Part shown: piece after piece, positions 1 through 12,900 of the stretch
Numbering within the stretch: position 1 is the stretch's first letter
How the letters are laid out: the number at the start of each line of letters is the position of its first letter
Origin: Tubiluchus corallicola
Taxonomy: Eukaryota > Animalia > Priapulida
Assembly: GCA_030141605.1 (NCBI GenBank)
Contig: JAQGDQ010001162.1
Coordinates: forward strand, 1 to 58,185
Direction: 5' to 3'
DNA: 58,185 nt
The notes under the pieces: generated by a model
Seen by the model: only the letters and a program-made list of their open reading frames with translations
The model's database searches: none
Told to the model about the DNA's origin: nothing
Program-made: the position numbers and the translations under genes

Positions 1-278
1 TGACTCAAATAACTCCGTACAATTGATTCTATATTTTTATAAATAGAGATATACACGTGGTTACACTGATGTACATGATGTAAACATAGAGATATACACG
101 TGGTTATACTGATGTACGTGACGTAAACAAAGTGACAGCCTGCCAACTAGCGGTCAGCTTGTGAAATAATGTACTGGGTCGTAAAAATTTTCTCAACAAA
201 TTTACGCGATTTACAAAAATGGCACTACTGGTCTTCCAAAAACTCGGAATTCCGATCTGCGGAAAATTCTCATCCCTG
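1..278 (+). mobile_element. MITE family A (hAT-like CAGGG termini), right part
   Basis: Ends ATTCTCATCCCTG; homologous to 30041-30536 and 33179-33655; carries a private 43-bp tandem duplication at 43-128. Confidence 0.8.
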
Positions 279-1427
279 TATTTTACATTTTACGATCAAT
301 CTGGAGTCTAAACCTACTTTTCACAGTTCGCCCACCCCAAACCAAACCAAGCATTCAATGCCAAGACCTGGTATTCAGGACCGGCACTAGGAAATGCGGG
401 GCCAAATTAGAAAATCGTTAGTAGGGTCCTTTACCATACAGAAGCTGAAGACTGATGTTTTATGCTTAGCAAAGTATGCCTCTCTTAGCTAAAAACTGAT
501 GAGGACTTGAGGTTTCACCATTAACCATGATTATATACTAAAAATTTAACTCCATATGAAAGTTTTAATATTTAATTACAAATAAAGAACAATTACTGAC
601 ACACTGTTTGTGCATAGGCCTCCTAAAAACAGAGATTTCTGGCTTTTTTATTTGACAAATCTTTTAAAATCATTTAAAGTCAATGGTTTTTGTAATGTCG
701 TTTTCTACAGATAGCATCGCCAAATTATATAGCCTCTCTTATGAAATTGTTGACCGTAGCAATGTTAAATCAATGTTGAGGATTTGAATATTGTCTACAA
801 ATTAGTAAAATTAAAATCCAATGACGACCTAACTAATCATAGGATTTACCAGTTACTATTAAAAGGTAATAATGATGATAAATTACAAAACAAACGATCA
901 GCAAAACACATTGAAACATAGATATATGAGGATTTCACTTCTTCACCGTATCAATTCAAAACCAGCCCTGCTGGTTTTATTTTCACTGCTGCTGCTGGCT
1001 CATTATTACATCTTCAAGATTAATCCTCTAAAAGATGACAGAACATTTGCTTAGGTAGACTTTTGTTTAGCCACATTCTGATGCATACACATCGTCCGTC
1101 AGTGAAGGAAAATGGCAAAAGTAAATGTAGAGTAAAGTCACCAATAAACGAGTTTCACGTCTTGGGGGTAACCAATCCAATTAGTAATCAGGTCTAGTGT
1201 CGGTTAACTTTACCAACATTCTACAGATTATAATTGTCACATTACTCCCCTAGCCCTCCGTAAAAGGAAAATACTGAATTAAAAATAAAAATAAATAATG
1301 GCCTGCCAATTACCCAAGCTGCAAATTAACCACAAAAATTAATCCAAAAATTAAAGATGACACTTAGAAAAGTCTGATTGGTTAAGGAATTATTAGAAAT
1401 GAAGCAAAGATCTGTCACGATCACATC

Positions 1428-1502
1428 GTGTTGTGTGAAGTAGTGGTCAGAGTAACGGACTTGTAATGCAAGAGCACCAGGTTCAAATCAAGCCTCAGCC
1501 CA
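1428..1502 (+). repeat. Degenerate tRNA-derived SINE-like head
   Basis: GTGAAGTAGTGGT (A-box-like) and GGTTCAAATC (B-box-like) at tRNA spacing. Confidence 0.35.
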
Positions 1503-1614
1503 AACTTACTCACATATCTTTCTCAAACATAAACATTTTCTATCGGTTTTATGCAAATCGGTTTTTTACGGCATATGTGAGCAAACACATGAAGATTTAT
1601 TTTGAAAACCTTAC

Positions 1615-1656
1615 CCAAGATTCCCGTTCCGAGTATTGTAGCGATTGAGACGAAAT
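1615..1656 (-). CDS. Exon 2 of the amino-acid-transporter-like gene (gene presumably continues left of the window)
   Basis: TTTTTTTTCAG acceptor and G|GTAAGG donor; spliced peptide YVQCYFVSIATILGTGILG matches the TM1 I/L-G-T-G-I-L-G motif of APC/AAAP-type transporters. Confidence 0.65.
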
Positions 1657-3235
1657 CTGAAAAAAAAATTAAAGTTTTTCAGCAAATTATAAAAAAAAAT
1701 GGCAAAATATGAGTAAGGTCAGAAATTACAAAAATTACCAAATCGATTAATAGCATGTATTAGGCTGTATTTACAAGAATCCGATTATTGAGTGCTTCTT
1801 TACGCAATTATACAGATTACGTATGTTGAGAGGCACCCAAAGAATGACTAACAAACCTATATATACCAAATAAACACGTTACCTTTTAATAAACAATTTT
1901 TACCCACAATTAAGGTTTTTCTTTCTGGTAGTTCTCTACTAAGTTATGAACAGAACGTCACTGTATTTGACCTGGTACAGCAATATACTCGTTCATCTAA
2001 CTGTTTTAATTATTTTAACTAACAATTGCGTATATTTTTTGATAGTCTTGTTTTTCCTGTCAACCTGCACTCCTGTAAATTTTGCAGGATGAAGCAACTC
2101 GATCAGCATTTACTTGCAGTTTGCCAAAGCCAATTATATCAAATAAATGTTTATAAAGAAATTATACAGATTAGCATTTAAAATCTCTTAAATACAACTG
2201 TATAACTCACTTCAGAAGTTTCGCAACAACAGTTTTTGTTATCATTTATAGTAAACTTGAAATGCCTTCCACTGGACACACAGTACTGTTATATTGTGAA
2301 GTTTGAAGTTTCTATAAGACAACGGTGCTATATGAAACTAAGTAGTTAAATTTGGAGCACGCTGGCCGTCTCTAAGACAATCCCAGCCAGGCTGGCCTGG
2401 GCTCTGGAATTCTGACGGTATCCGGGCATCCAAAACTCAGGAACATGAGGTTTGGTAAAAAAACTGAATGATTAACAATGATCACAATCACTGGGATTCC
2501 CATTCTGATCTGGTTAACAGGGATGAAAATTATTATTATGGTAACCAATAATCTGAGTTAACTAGTAATGGAAACTCTAGCTAGTAGCCAGCTATTGATC
2601 ATGAAAAAAACTAAAAAATACTCCCAATCTGCCCCTCACTACTAGATAATGATAATAGATAATATCTGCTCGGATAAACCTCAAAATAAATTCTGAGTGA
2701 GTGGTAACTGGCACAGTTGGAATGTTGCTGTGTGAACACCTTCATTCCTGTACGGAGTCATTCGTAGTACTACAACTAGATGCGTGTAGCATGTAATTAA
2801 AAATTAAAAAATTGAAATTGAAAACATGTAACTGTTAAACTATGTCCGCTTCCTGTTAAAATTGATACTGCTAACTTCTCGTGCTTCACAGCTGCCACTC
2901 AAATGTTAGTAGGCTACAAGGACAGCAGAAAAGTAAAGTCCTAATAGCAAGTCAGAATTACTCATTCAAAAGCTTCATCAAACTGAAAGATTTAACACAT
3001 GGCTACGCTCCAAGTTCTCTACATACATGTACGGGGTCGCAATACTTTTTATTAGAGACCGAAATTGTCAAGACTTGATGGTATGCTATGAATTTTACAA
3101 TATTGGTACTCTGCTATAATCTTTTGAACCTATCAGTATCACCTAGTCTACGTACAAGTAGAAGCAGGAGACTATAAGCCTAAGTGTATTGTAGAAACAT
3201 ATTCAGTAAAAATTCAAAATTAATGTGCTACATAC

Positions 3236-3350
3236 AGCATTGCACATATATAAAAAATACACTCCAATTGATTGTTCGTGCTCGTTTTTGTTCTTTTTCA
3301 TTATTTTCCTGTAAAGATTGAACCAAATTTGTTTCATCCTCTTCCATCAT
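3236..3350 (-). CDS. Exon 1 of an amino-acid-transporter/permease-like membrane protein gene
   Basis: MMEEDETNL..WSVFFIYVQC followed by phase-1 donor T|GTATGT; joins in frame to 1656-1615. Confidence 0.65.
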
Positions 3351-3541
3351 AATCCCCGCAAAAACATAAGCATTCGCCCTCTGGTGGAGAAAAACTGATC
3401 GATTAGGTATCGGAAACATGTCAGCTTCCTTGCGAGTATAATTCTGTGCAAAAAGTGTGAACATAGTTATTCCTGTTTACTACCACAATTCTCTAAAAAG
3501 AAAAGGATATTTAAATTGCAAAAATTAAAGTAAACGTTGAT
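3351..3541. promoter_or_regulatory. Putative bidirectional promoter with a CTCF-consensus-like site (3375-3387)
   Basis: Divergent ATGs only 191 bp apart; minus strand reads CCACCAGAGGGCG. Confidence 0.5.
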
Positions 3542-3912
3542 ATGAATTTATCAGCAGAAGTTAGAATTTATGAACTTGTGCGGGAAGCTACTAGTTGCAC
3601 TAAATCTCCTGAAGCAATTTTAACAGATCTTCAAACTGTATTGAAATTAATGGAAGTCTGTACTGATGGTGTTGCCATCAAGTCTAGCAGTGAAACACCA
3701 CAGTCGAATTTCACAAGCATTGAAAGACAACTGTTTTTTCAAAGATATTACTCACATTACGGGGATTTTCTGTTAAATAACGTTTTTGGTATCGCGTCAA
3801 ATGCCGAGAATCTCTTAAATGCGGAGATGAAAAGATTGTTATTGGCCTATTTTTTGGAAGGCGATCACACCAAAAGCTTTATTTTGTTATGCACAGTTAT
3901 TGGAAAAACCGA
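3542..3912 (+). CDS. TELO2: TELO2 exon 1
   Basis: ATG at 3542, ORF MNLSAEVRIYELVREA..., donor GA|GTAAGT. Confidence 0.85.
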
Positions 3913-6900
3913 GTAAGTAAGATAATTATTAGCAAAGACACAAGAAATTAAAGTTAATTAGCTGACTGGTACACAATATTTTATAATGTTTCTGATGCAC
4001 ACATTCATCAAACTTAAAACATTAATGACGCAATGTGATTTAGAATTTAAATGGGATGCAAAGGTTATGCATGGGAAAAGATTTTAAGTGTTCTAAATGT
4101 GATGAATTCAAATGAGTTTTTGTCTGTTTTTCCTTTAATTACCTTAGATTACTGTAGATCGACAAGGTGAAGCCTATATGTAGGCTTTTTGCCCATCCAT
4201 TAATCATTTTATCTCATGTTTTCTCTCTTGCATTTTATATTTTTGTTTGGATATCCGGAGTTTCATGTCGATCCAATCATTTGTTGCAGAAATGTGAGAA
4301 AATTTGAAAAAGACTAATTGTGGACACCCAGGCTGACGTAAATCCCTGTTTCACTTGTAATCTTTGCTTTTATTGACTAATTTTGAGTTTACAGCAAATA
4401 CCCATTCTCGAACGGCATACTGTCAACTGTAGTTGCCGATTAATATTTCCTGTGTATTTCAGACCTTGCAGTAAGCTTGATGAAATGGTAGACATGCTAC
4501 AGGAATTCCTCGTTCAACGGAAGATGGCTGCTCTAATATGCAGTGAATGTTGTAACCAAAATCAGAACGTAACAGACGCGTTGCAAAATGACGTCATCTC
4601 CGTGATAGCGACGCTTCCGGACAGGATGGCAAATAAATTTGGGAAAAAGAACAGGTATCAGTCTAAATTACGCAATGTTTTTTTCATTGCAAAATGGCTG
4701 AAAAGAAAGTAGAATTGACATGAGTTGACATTCTCTCTCGTCATTGCAAAACTTTACATTGGCCAAAATCTGTCGCAAAATGAATGCTGATCTATCAAAT
4801 TAGGTCAGATGGTAGAAGATGAACCTTTTCTTTCGAGCATTTTCTTCGGATTCGTTTATATTGTTGAATGCTAAGTGACATAGACAGTGGCTTTTCTTCA
4901 TCTTTGAAACTTATATGTCTGCTTGCAAACCAAAATAGTAATAGTAATAGTAATAGTAATTTTATTTTCCTCCATAAAATTACAATGATTTGACAATAAA
5001 ATACACAAAAATACAAACGAACATGGGAGAAAGGGTGGCGAAAAACCAAAGGTTATCGAGTCAACCACCCTTCTCAAAGGACAGTAAACAAAAGGATGCC
5101 AATGACAGTAGACACAACTATATTAAAAAATACATAAACGTGCAGAAATACAAAAACAAAAATACAACAGCAAAAAAAAACAAAAATAAAAAACCATGAC
5201 AAATTTGCAAACTACTAAGCAACTCATAGAAAGTGAGTTTGCACCTTATAAAAAAAATGTTTTTCAGCGAAAGTTACCACAAGAATGTACATCTAATAGA
5301 CAAAAGACTGATTTATTTGTAAGCTTCAAGAAGTGCCTTAGCGTACTGTTTTTTAGCGAATGCAGAGGTAAAGAAGTTATATGAGCAGGTAGGGAGTTCC
5401 ATAATACTGATCCCTGATATTTTAACGACCTTTGACCTTTAGATGTATTAAATCGTTCGATGAAGAAAGAACTGCTAGTAGAAAACCTAGTGTTGTAACT
5501 GTGAATATCAGATGCTGGCGTATAGTAATTTAGAAACAATTCTGGTAGTAAGTTATTCTTAAATTTGTATACAAATTTTGCAAGCTCGAGTTTGTAGATA
5601 TCATTCAGTTTTAAGAGGCCCAATTTTATGTAGGATGGCGTTGCATGTTCTCGTCTACCAAAACCGTCCATAAATTGGCATAGTTAAAACCACGTTATGA
5701 TGCTTCAAAGTAGAGAGTACCAAAAGTTTGCCCAAATGTCGATTTTTGTTTTTATGAAAACAAATGCTAGATATATTGGACTTTTATATTTTAGCATCAA
5801 ATTATCAAGAAAATGTCCAAAAAATACTAAAAATCTAATTTTAGTACTTCTTTCGCACTTTTCTGTCTAGAATTTAATATTGCAATTGTAAAAAAACTTG
5901 TATTTTCTAACTCCGATTGGGAGCATCCTTTTTGCTTCGGGTTTTTTTCTGTTAACAAGACCAGATCTTCGTCAGGAAGAGCCATCTACTGGAGCCATCA
6001 CTTCCTTTGTGTTCTTGCAAAGGAACTCCAGTTTGTTCTGGTAAAGTCCTTAGCAACAACACTTTCGTACGGTTGCTAAGTGTTTTGCAGAGACGTGACA
6101 AAAAACAATGGCTGACTTTGACAGCATTTTTTTCAAGATTACGTTTTTCAGTGCGTAGCCTGCACCTCAGCTTCAACGTGGATTATCTCAGCTTAGAAAT
6201 AACATAGAATGATGAGCTTGGTATCAAAATGATCCTCGTGAAATAGAGATTCAGGATATGTGATCCTCGTGAATTAGAGATTCAGAGTATGTGAATAACT
6301 AGAAATACTTAATTGCCGACTTATGGACGATTTTGGTTTGCAAGCACACAAATATGTTAAGATTACTATGTAGTTCTATAAGTTATTACAATCAAATAGG
6401 TCACAGCATAGTCATAATTATAAGAGCATTATGTACAACAGCTAAATTTCTACTGGAGGAATTGACCCATGCGACTTTGAGAATTTAAATTTTAAGTGGT
6501 GAAAGTTTTTGAAATTTTAAATGTTTCAAAATGTTTGAAATGCTATAAAATATAAACGTATCATATCTCAAGAGAAAATTTACTGTCTCTGCCAACTGTT
6601 CATGTCTAGTTTTTGCTAAAGCAACATTCTGCATTTCAGTATAGAATAGCTTGTGTCTGTTTGTTGCAAGACAGTAAAAGCAAACTTTCTACTAATTTTT
6701 ACTGATTAATTAAATTCTTGTTGCTAATTACTTGCTGGGTAAGCTTTATTATTTTTGGCAGGGAGATATTCAGCCGAGCCGTTTACGTGAGAAGAATCGC
6801 AGATGACTTGTTGCTAGCGTTGTGCAGACTAGTCGACAAAGCGAGGTCTCAGCAGGACAGCTGTGTAACGTTCTACTCATTGTTGCTGGGAAAGCTATGC

Positions 6901-9900
6901 ATGCTGGGATATGGAGGTGGGCTGGTGCAGACATATGTTAGCGTTTGCTGTTCAGTAAATTATATTTATTGTTATTTTATCCCCGCTGTCATGAGTATTA
7001 CCTTGTTTTGAAGAAGATTTGCAAATCATTTAGAAATTGGCTCATGTACATAATGACATTGATCTGCTGATAATCTGCCCTATTTTGTACGAGCTGCTTC
7101 TATGTGGAATTCGCTCATTTTTTGACACTTCTATTTTATTTGCTTTAATGATGCATTGATGCCGTAATTTACATTAGATACATTTAGACTACAAAGAAGC
7201 AATATTTAAAAAGTAAACGGCAGTCTATGGCCTGGATTGCCAGAAGTTTGATTAGGTCTGTTAATGTATCTGGAATTATCGAAAACAGGAAATTTAATCG
7301 AAAGAGATAACGAAGCAGCAGGATAGGATCTTTACTAAATATTGTGATGTACTAATTAGTAATTGTACGTTAGTAATAATGAGTAAGTTTTAATTCGTTT
7401 GGCCGAGTTTTTTATCGAGTTTTTTATTATTACTTTATTACATTTTGAATTATTGCTTTGCTGAATTCTTTATAGTTTTATTACCTATTCCTAGGTTTGC
7501 TACCATTCCATTATTTTGCTCATAAAATGGATGGTATTTCACATTTATTTATAGATGCTGTAGTTGAATTTCCTTGTGGGTAAATGTATTTTTTTATCAA
7601 AAAGCAATTTTTCTCTCTCCAATTGCTACTAACACAATTTTTTTAAATTTCGTCAACAATATTAATTTGTTAGCTATTTTGCTTTTAATTAGTTAGTTTC
7701 GCCCATAGAACTCGGCTTTACTAATTTTGTTTTCACTTTGTTTTGCGTAAATTTGCATAATTTTATTTACCATAATTCTTTGCTGTTAATTTCATTTTGA
7801 TTTGTTTTCCTATTCAAATCTTTATTTTGTTCTAACAATATTTGCTCGCCATGCTGAAATTAGTAGACTCACTATTTAGGGATGGCAGACTAGATGACCT
7901 TTTGGTCTTTCGCCATCCCTCCTTCTTTAATCTTTGTAACTCATTGTTATATACTATCTATGATTGTTATTTTGAAGGCAAGAAATAAATTATTATTATT
8001 ATTATTACTAAAGAATGGTTGCCAGGCGACCAGATGATCTCCCCCCTCCCACCTTTTTATAATGCAGTACATCTCTTTTCGACCGTAATTCGACCTAAAA
8101 AGTGTTTGAAGTCTTTGGTTGAGTACTGAATCATTTATTCCCATAAGAAATAATGTAAAAGCAAATAATCCATTCTTAAGCACCAAATGAACTGTAAAGT
8201 ATTACTAAAACGAAATATAATAATGCAAAAATGTTTATTCAAACAGTAGATATGATATAATTGATAAGAAAAACATAATAGAATTACTTAGGAGGAAAGA
8301 CATAATTATTCCTGCTTGCGGAGAAAAATAAGCGTAGAAAGCACTTAGCGATGTTAGGCGATTAAAATGTTGTGCGTGACTACACTCGGGTGCGGTCGGT
8401 TACGCTCGGCTCACCGTGCATGTGTTCATCACGTGTTTGGCGGTTGGTCGAGTACCGAAATTCTGGTCGAGAACGGAGACAATTTCAGCTCGAATTTTTT
8501 GGTCGAAAACCGATTTGTACGAGTACGGAGACGTTCGACAACGGAGGTATGACTGTATTTTCTATGACGAACCGATCCCATTAGGGAAACCTTCTAAATT
8601 GTATAAGGCAATAAATTTAAATTGAATAGAATTTCCACGACTTTTTTTACAGATGCCCTTTTCGAGCGAATGATGCCGCAGGTGGAATCCGAGGTTAAAA
8701 AATGTTTTGTCTTTCGTCGAGTCTTTCACGTTATCGTCGAAAGAGTTCCAAGTCACAGCATGGAAAACGTTCTGCTCTCAATGCTGCGGCATATCAGTTG
8801 GTGAGTTTTTTAAACTCCTTTTGAGGCTGTAAGTCGTCGCTTAACGAAGCTAATGCGTTCCAGCAAATCGTGACGTTAAGTGAAACGTTGTTAAACGAAG
8901 CCAAGACTTCCGTAGAAAGTAATGTGAAAGCCAAGACTTCCGTAGAAACGTTGTTAAACGAAGCCAAGACTTCCGTAGAAAGTAATGTGAAAGAATCACC
9001 TAACAATGCTAGTGCATTCCAGCAAAGCGCGACGTTAAGTGAAACATTGTTAAACGAAGCCAAGACTTCCGTAGAAAGTAATGTGAAAGAATCGCCTAAC
9101 GACGCTAATGTGTTCCAGCACAACGCGACGTTAAGCGAAACGTCGTTAAACGAAGCCAAGACTTCCATAAAAAGTAATGTAACAGAATTGGATACATTCC
9201 AGAGACAAAAATCAATGCTGTTAAATCATATAAATTAAACGTTTTTATGAGTTTTACTCATGTTTCTACTGATCAATTGCTTTCTGTTTGTTTGAAGCCA
9301 CCTATATTATCTTACTTACCTAGCTAGTAGTTTCTCTTTTGTTAACGTTTAAGTCTAGGTAGCGGTTAAACAATAAACACTGCAGCAGAGTCAAAGCCAA
9401 GCGCTGGGGCGACCTTGGGAATTTTATCTACTCTGGTTACTATAGCAACAGGTTGCAGGCAAATTTGTGCGAGCCTAGCAAACTTTTCTCGTACGCGCAC
9501 GACATATAAATTTACGCGTATGGTTCTTGAGTAGAAAAAATTGCTTGAGTAATGCAGTTGAGTGGAGTAGAGTAAAATCTTAATGCACTGTTGTTTATAG
9601 GCACGAAAACGAACCCTGTCACTATTGATTTAAAGTCAGAAGTGTTATAATTTTTTACAGTTTACAGCTGTTATAGTGTGCGCTTAATTCACTTCAACTT
9701 TGTTTACAACTTCTATCAGTTAGTTTAGAGCTGTTATGTTCTGTGCGCTTAATTCACTTCAACTTTATTTACAACTTTTATCAGTTAGTCTAGAGCTGTT
9801 ATGTTCTGTGCGCTTAATTCACTTCAACTTTATTTACAACTTTTACCTGTTAGTCTAGAGCTGTTATAGTGTGCGCTTAATTCACTTCAACTTTGTTTAC

Positions 9901-12900
9901 AACCTTTATCAGTTAGTCTAGAGCTGTTATGTTCTGTGCACTTAATTCACTTCAACTTTATTTACAACTTTTATCAGTTATTCTAGAGCTGTTATATTCT
10001 ATGCACTTAATTCACTTCAACTTTATTTACAACTTTTATCAGTTATTCTAGAACTGTTATATTGTATGCAGTTGTTTCACTTCAACTTTATTTACAACTT
10101 TTATCACTCATTTCACTAAAAATTAATATTTTAGTTTTGCATTTGGTTTTCTCAAACTATTTTTTACCAAACATGGTTTTACTTCCCGTTTTTGCACAGG
10201 TATGGCAGGGTGTCGTGTATACTGGGAGACCTCATAATTAAACAACATAAACCTTCCCAGCTTTTGACGAACAAGTTTCTACTGTTGAAACATTTTGAGC
10301 ATGGGCACTTACTGCGCAACATTATCGGATATATAGCTGCAGACGACAGGTGGAGACCTCTATATCACAAGGTATAGTTAAAAATCATCAGTGAAGTAAT
10401 CTAGAGTCTTGAAATAAACTTTCTGCATTTGTGACGAATCATTTTACACGGATGCTGTCTTCTAAAATATGTATTGGTAAGTTGTAACATTAACGTTAAC
10501 ATTAACATTAATATTAACATCAGCGGTAACATTGACATTAACATTACCATTAATGTTAACATTTAACATTAATGTCAGCATTAAAGTTAACATTAACATT
10601 AATATTAACATCAACATTAACATTGACATTAACATTACCATTAATGTTAACATTAACATTCGCATCAGTTTTAACATTAAGATTAGCATCAGTTTTAACA
10701 TTAACATTAATGTTAACACCAACATTAATATTAATGTCAGCATTAACATTAACATTTACATTGCCATTAATGTTAACATTAATACTTACTTTAACATTAA
10801 CACAAGCTTTATTAATAGCGTTAACATTATCGTTAACATTAATTTTATTAAGTTGTTAAAACTGGAAATCTTAGGATTAACCATTGAAAATTCAGTGATA
10901 TATTACATACGTAAAGTTGTTTTTACTATATCTCGTTCAGCATTTTGTACGAATTTCGTGAATAAAGTGTCACTATGTTAATTTTATAAAAACTGTTTTA
11001 AATTACGTTTCTGCTAAAATTATCTAGTCCAGGGTGTCACAAAATAACAGATCCGTCGTTCTTCAAAGTCATTTCGAAATTCGAACTTCTAAAATTCGAA
11101 ATTTTTGTAATTTTTTCTTCGCAGAAAAAACAAAACTTCTCGGATCATATCCGTCAGTTAATGGTCATCGGAGATGTAGGCCGTCTACTTAAAATTGCCG
11201 GTTGTTTTGGTTTTTATTTGTTCCTTGTACATCGAGAAAAAGTTTCTTTTTTCCATGTTTAAAGGAAAACGAGACCCAATTTATCCTATAAAATATTGAA
11301 AGGGAACATAATACTTTTTTCAGGAATGACTTGTGTGAAATAATTTTTAGTGCAGAAGTGTAAATCTTGCATAGTTCTTTTCTTTTACATGTATTTCGCC
11401 AGATGGACACCAGCACCTCCACTTCAGAACTGCAGTACGCAAGCAATAGGTGCTGTAGTTCAGAGATGTTCACTTGTGATGTAGTGCACATGATCATGGG
11501 CTCATGTATGAGCACAGTGCTAAATTTGAATTTGAATTTTAAACCTAAATTTCACCGAGTTTTTCTACGTCACACTGAATGTTTTACAGTAGCACTGTAC
11601 TTCAATTTTCGCTTTTGCAAACACCTGCACCACGCTCATGGAATATTTTTGCTGTTAAAAATTATGTTAGTTTGTGATGTCATTACTAGCTGGGCTCGCT
11701 TGTGGTTAATCAAGTTTTTAGCCTGTTATCAGAAATTATATTTAGCTAATTATCAGAAATGCTTTGGCATTATTACAGATGTTAAAGAGTACAATTTTTA
11801 CCGTACTTCAAAATGGGGTGGGATGTGAAAAATTATTGTGTTTTCCTTTAATAATCGGTTTTGTGACGTTAAACTAATTATTTTCTCCTAGATGGTGTCA
11901 TCGCTTTTAGATGTTTGGGGCAGTAGTAGCAGCATAAAACATACGTCGTATTCTCAGCATTGTTACCTGTCGCGTGCTCTACTTATTTCTGTCGGATTCA
12001 TGACAAGCGCTGACGTCACCTTGAACAAAGAAAGTAAGTCTAAGAAATTTTCTGGACGTAACAGTACTGTTATTCTTACATTTACCGTTAAGGTGGTCAT
12101 ACTAGAAAGTTCTACGTACGCAAAAGTTTTAATTGCAAGTAAAATGCGTTAACACACCACAAGCGGTTAATATAAGCCTTTTATAGGTGGCAGAGCTGTT
12201 ACTGAATTAAACTTTGCCCATAATTATTAAGCCTGTTAGCTTTTTCAATCAAATAATAAAAATACGATCATTAGCAAGTCACGAGGAATTATATTATAAC
12301 ATCTATACTAGCAGGTACAATCACTGAATCAAATAACATAATTATTATCAATACTAAAATACCACTATACAAAAACAATTAGCCTCGCTAGCCCACAGGT
12401 GTTAATGTTCAAAGCAGACCTGTCTTACACAGCTTAAATACAGAAAACTAGAATACTATTAATGTAAAAGGTCATTCAGAAGCAAATAAGTACAGTAAGA
12501 TTAGAGGGAAATTTAAGCTATATCGATGCTGTAACAAGCCTAAAAAGGGAGAGAATGAGATGAAGAAATGAGCAAGAAGAGACAGTGTAATATTTAAAAG
12601 TCAAGTTAATCAACGCGAAGTAATTAAGGCGAACTTTGCGACAGAAAGGTCTACGCACACAAAAGTTTTAATTGCAAGTAAAGAAATTTATTGTTGTGAA
12701 AATGCGTTAACACACCACAAGCAGTTAATGCATCCGAGCTTATATAAGCCTTTTATAACAAGCAAGTACAATATTACATAAGAGGTACTACACCACAAGC
12801 AGTTGCTTAGCCTGCTTAGATATAATCACTTTGCGAATACGTGTAATTAACACTAAGCAAATAGCCTTGTAATGTGGTTACTAATACACCATAAATAATT

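Noticed and set aside
1821-1856. 36-nt phase-1/1 hydrophobic cassette exon (CLLVILWVPLNI) in the transporter gene
   Set aside because: Weak pyrimidine tract, and the direct exon 1-2 join gives a cleaner TM1; not supportable without RNA reads.
10462-10981. Low-complexity NI/LT/ML ORFs
   Set aside because: Translation artefacts of the (TAACAT)n repeat.
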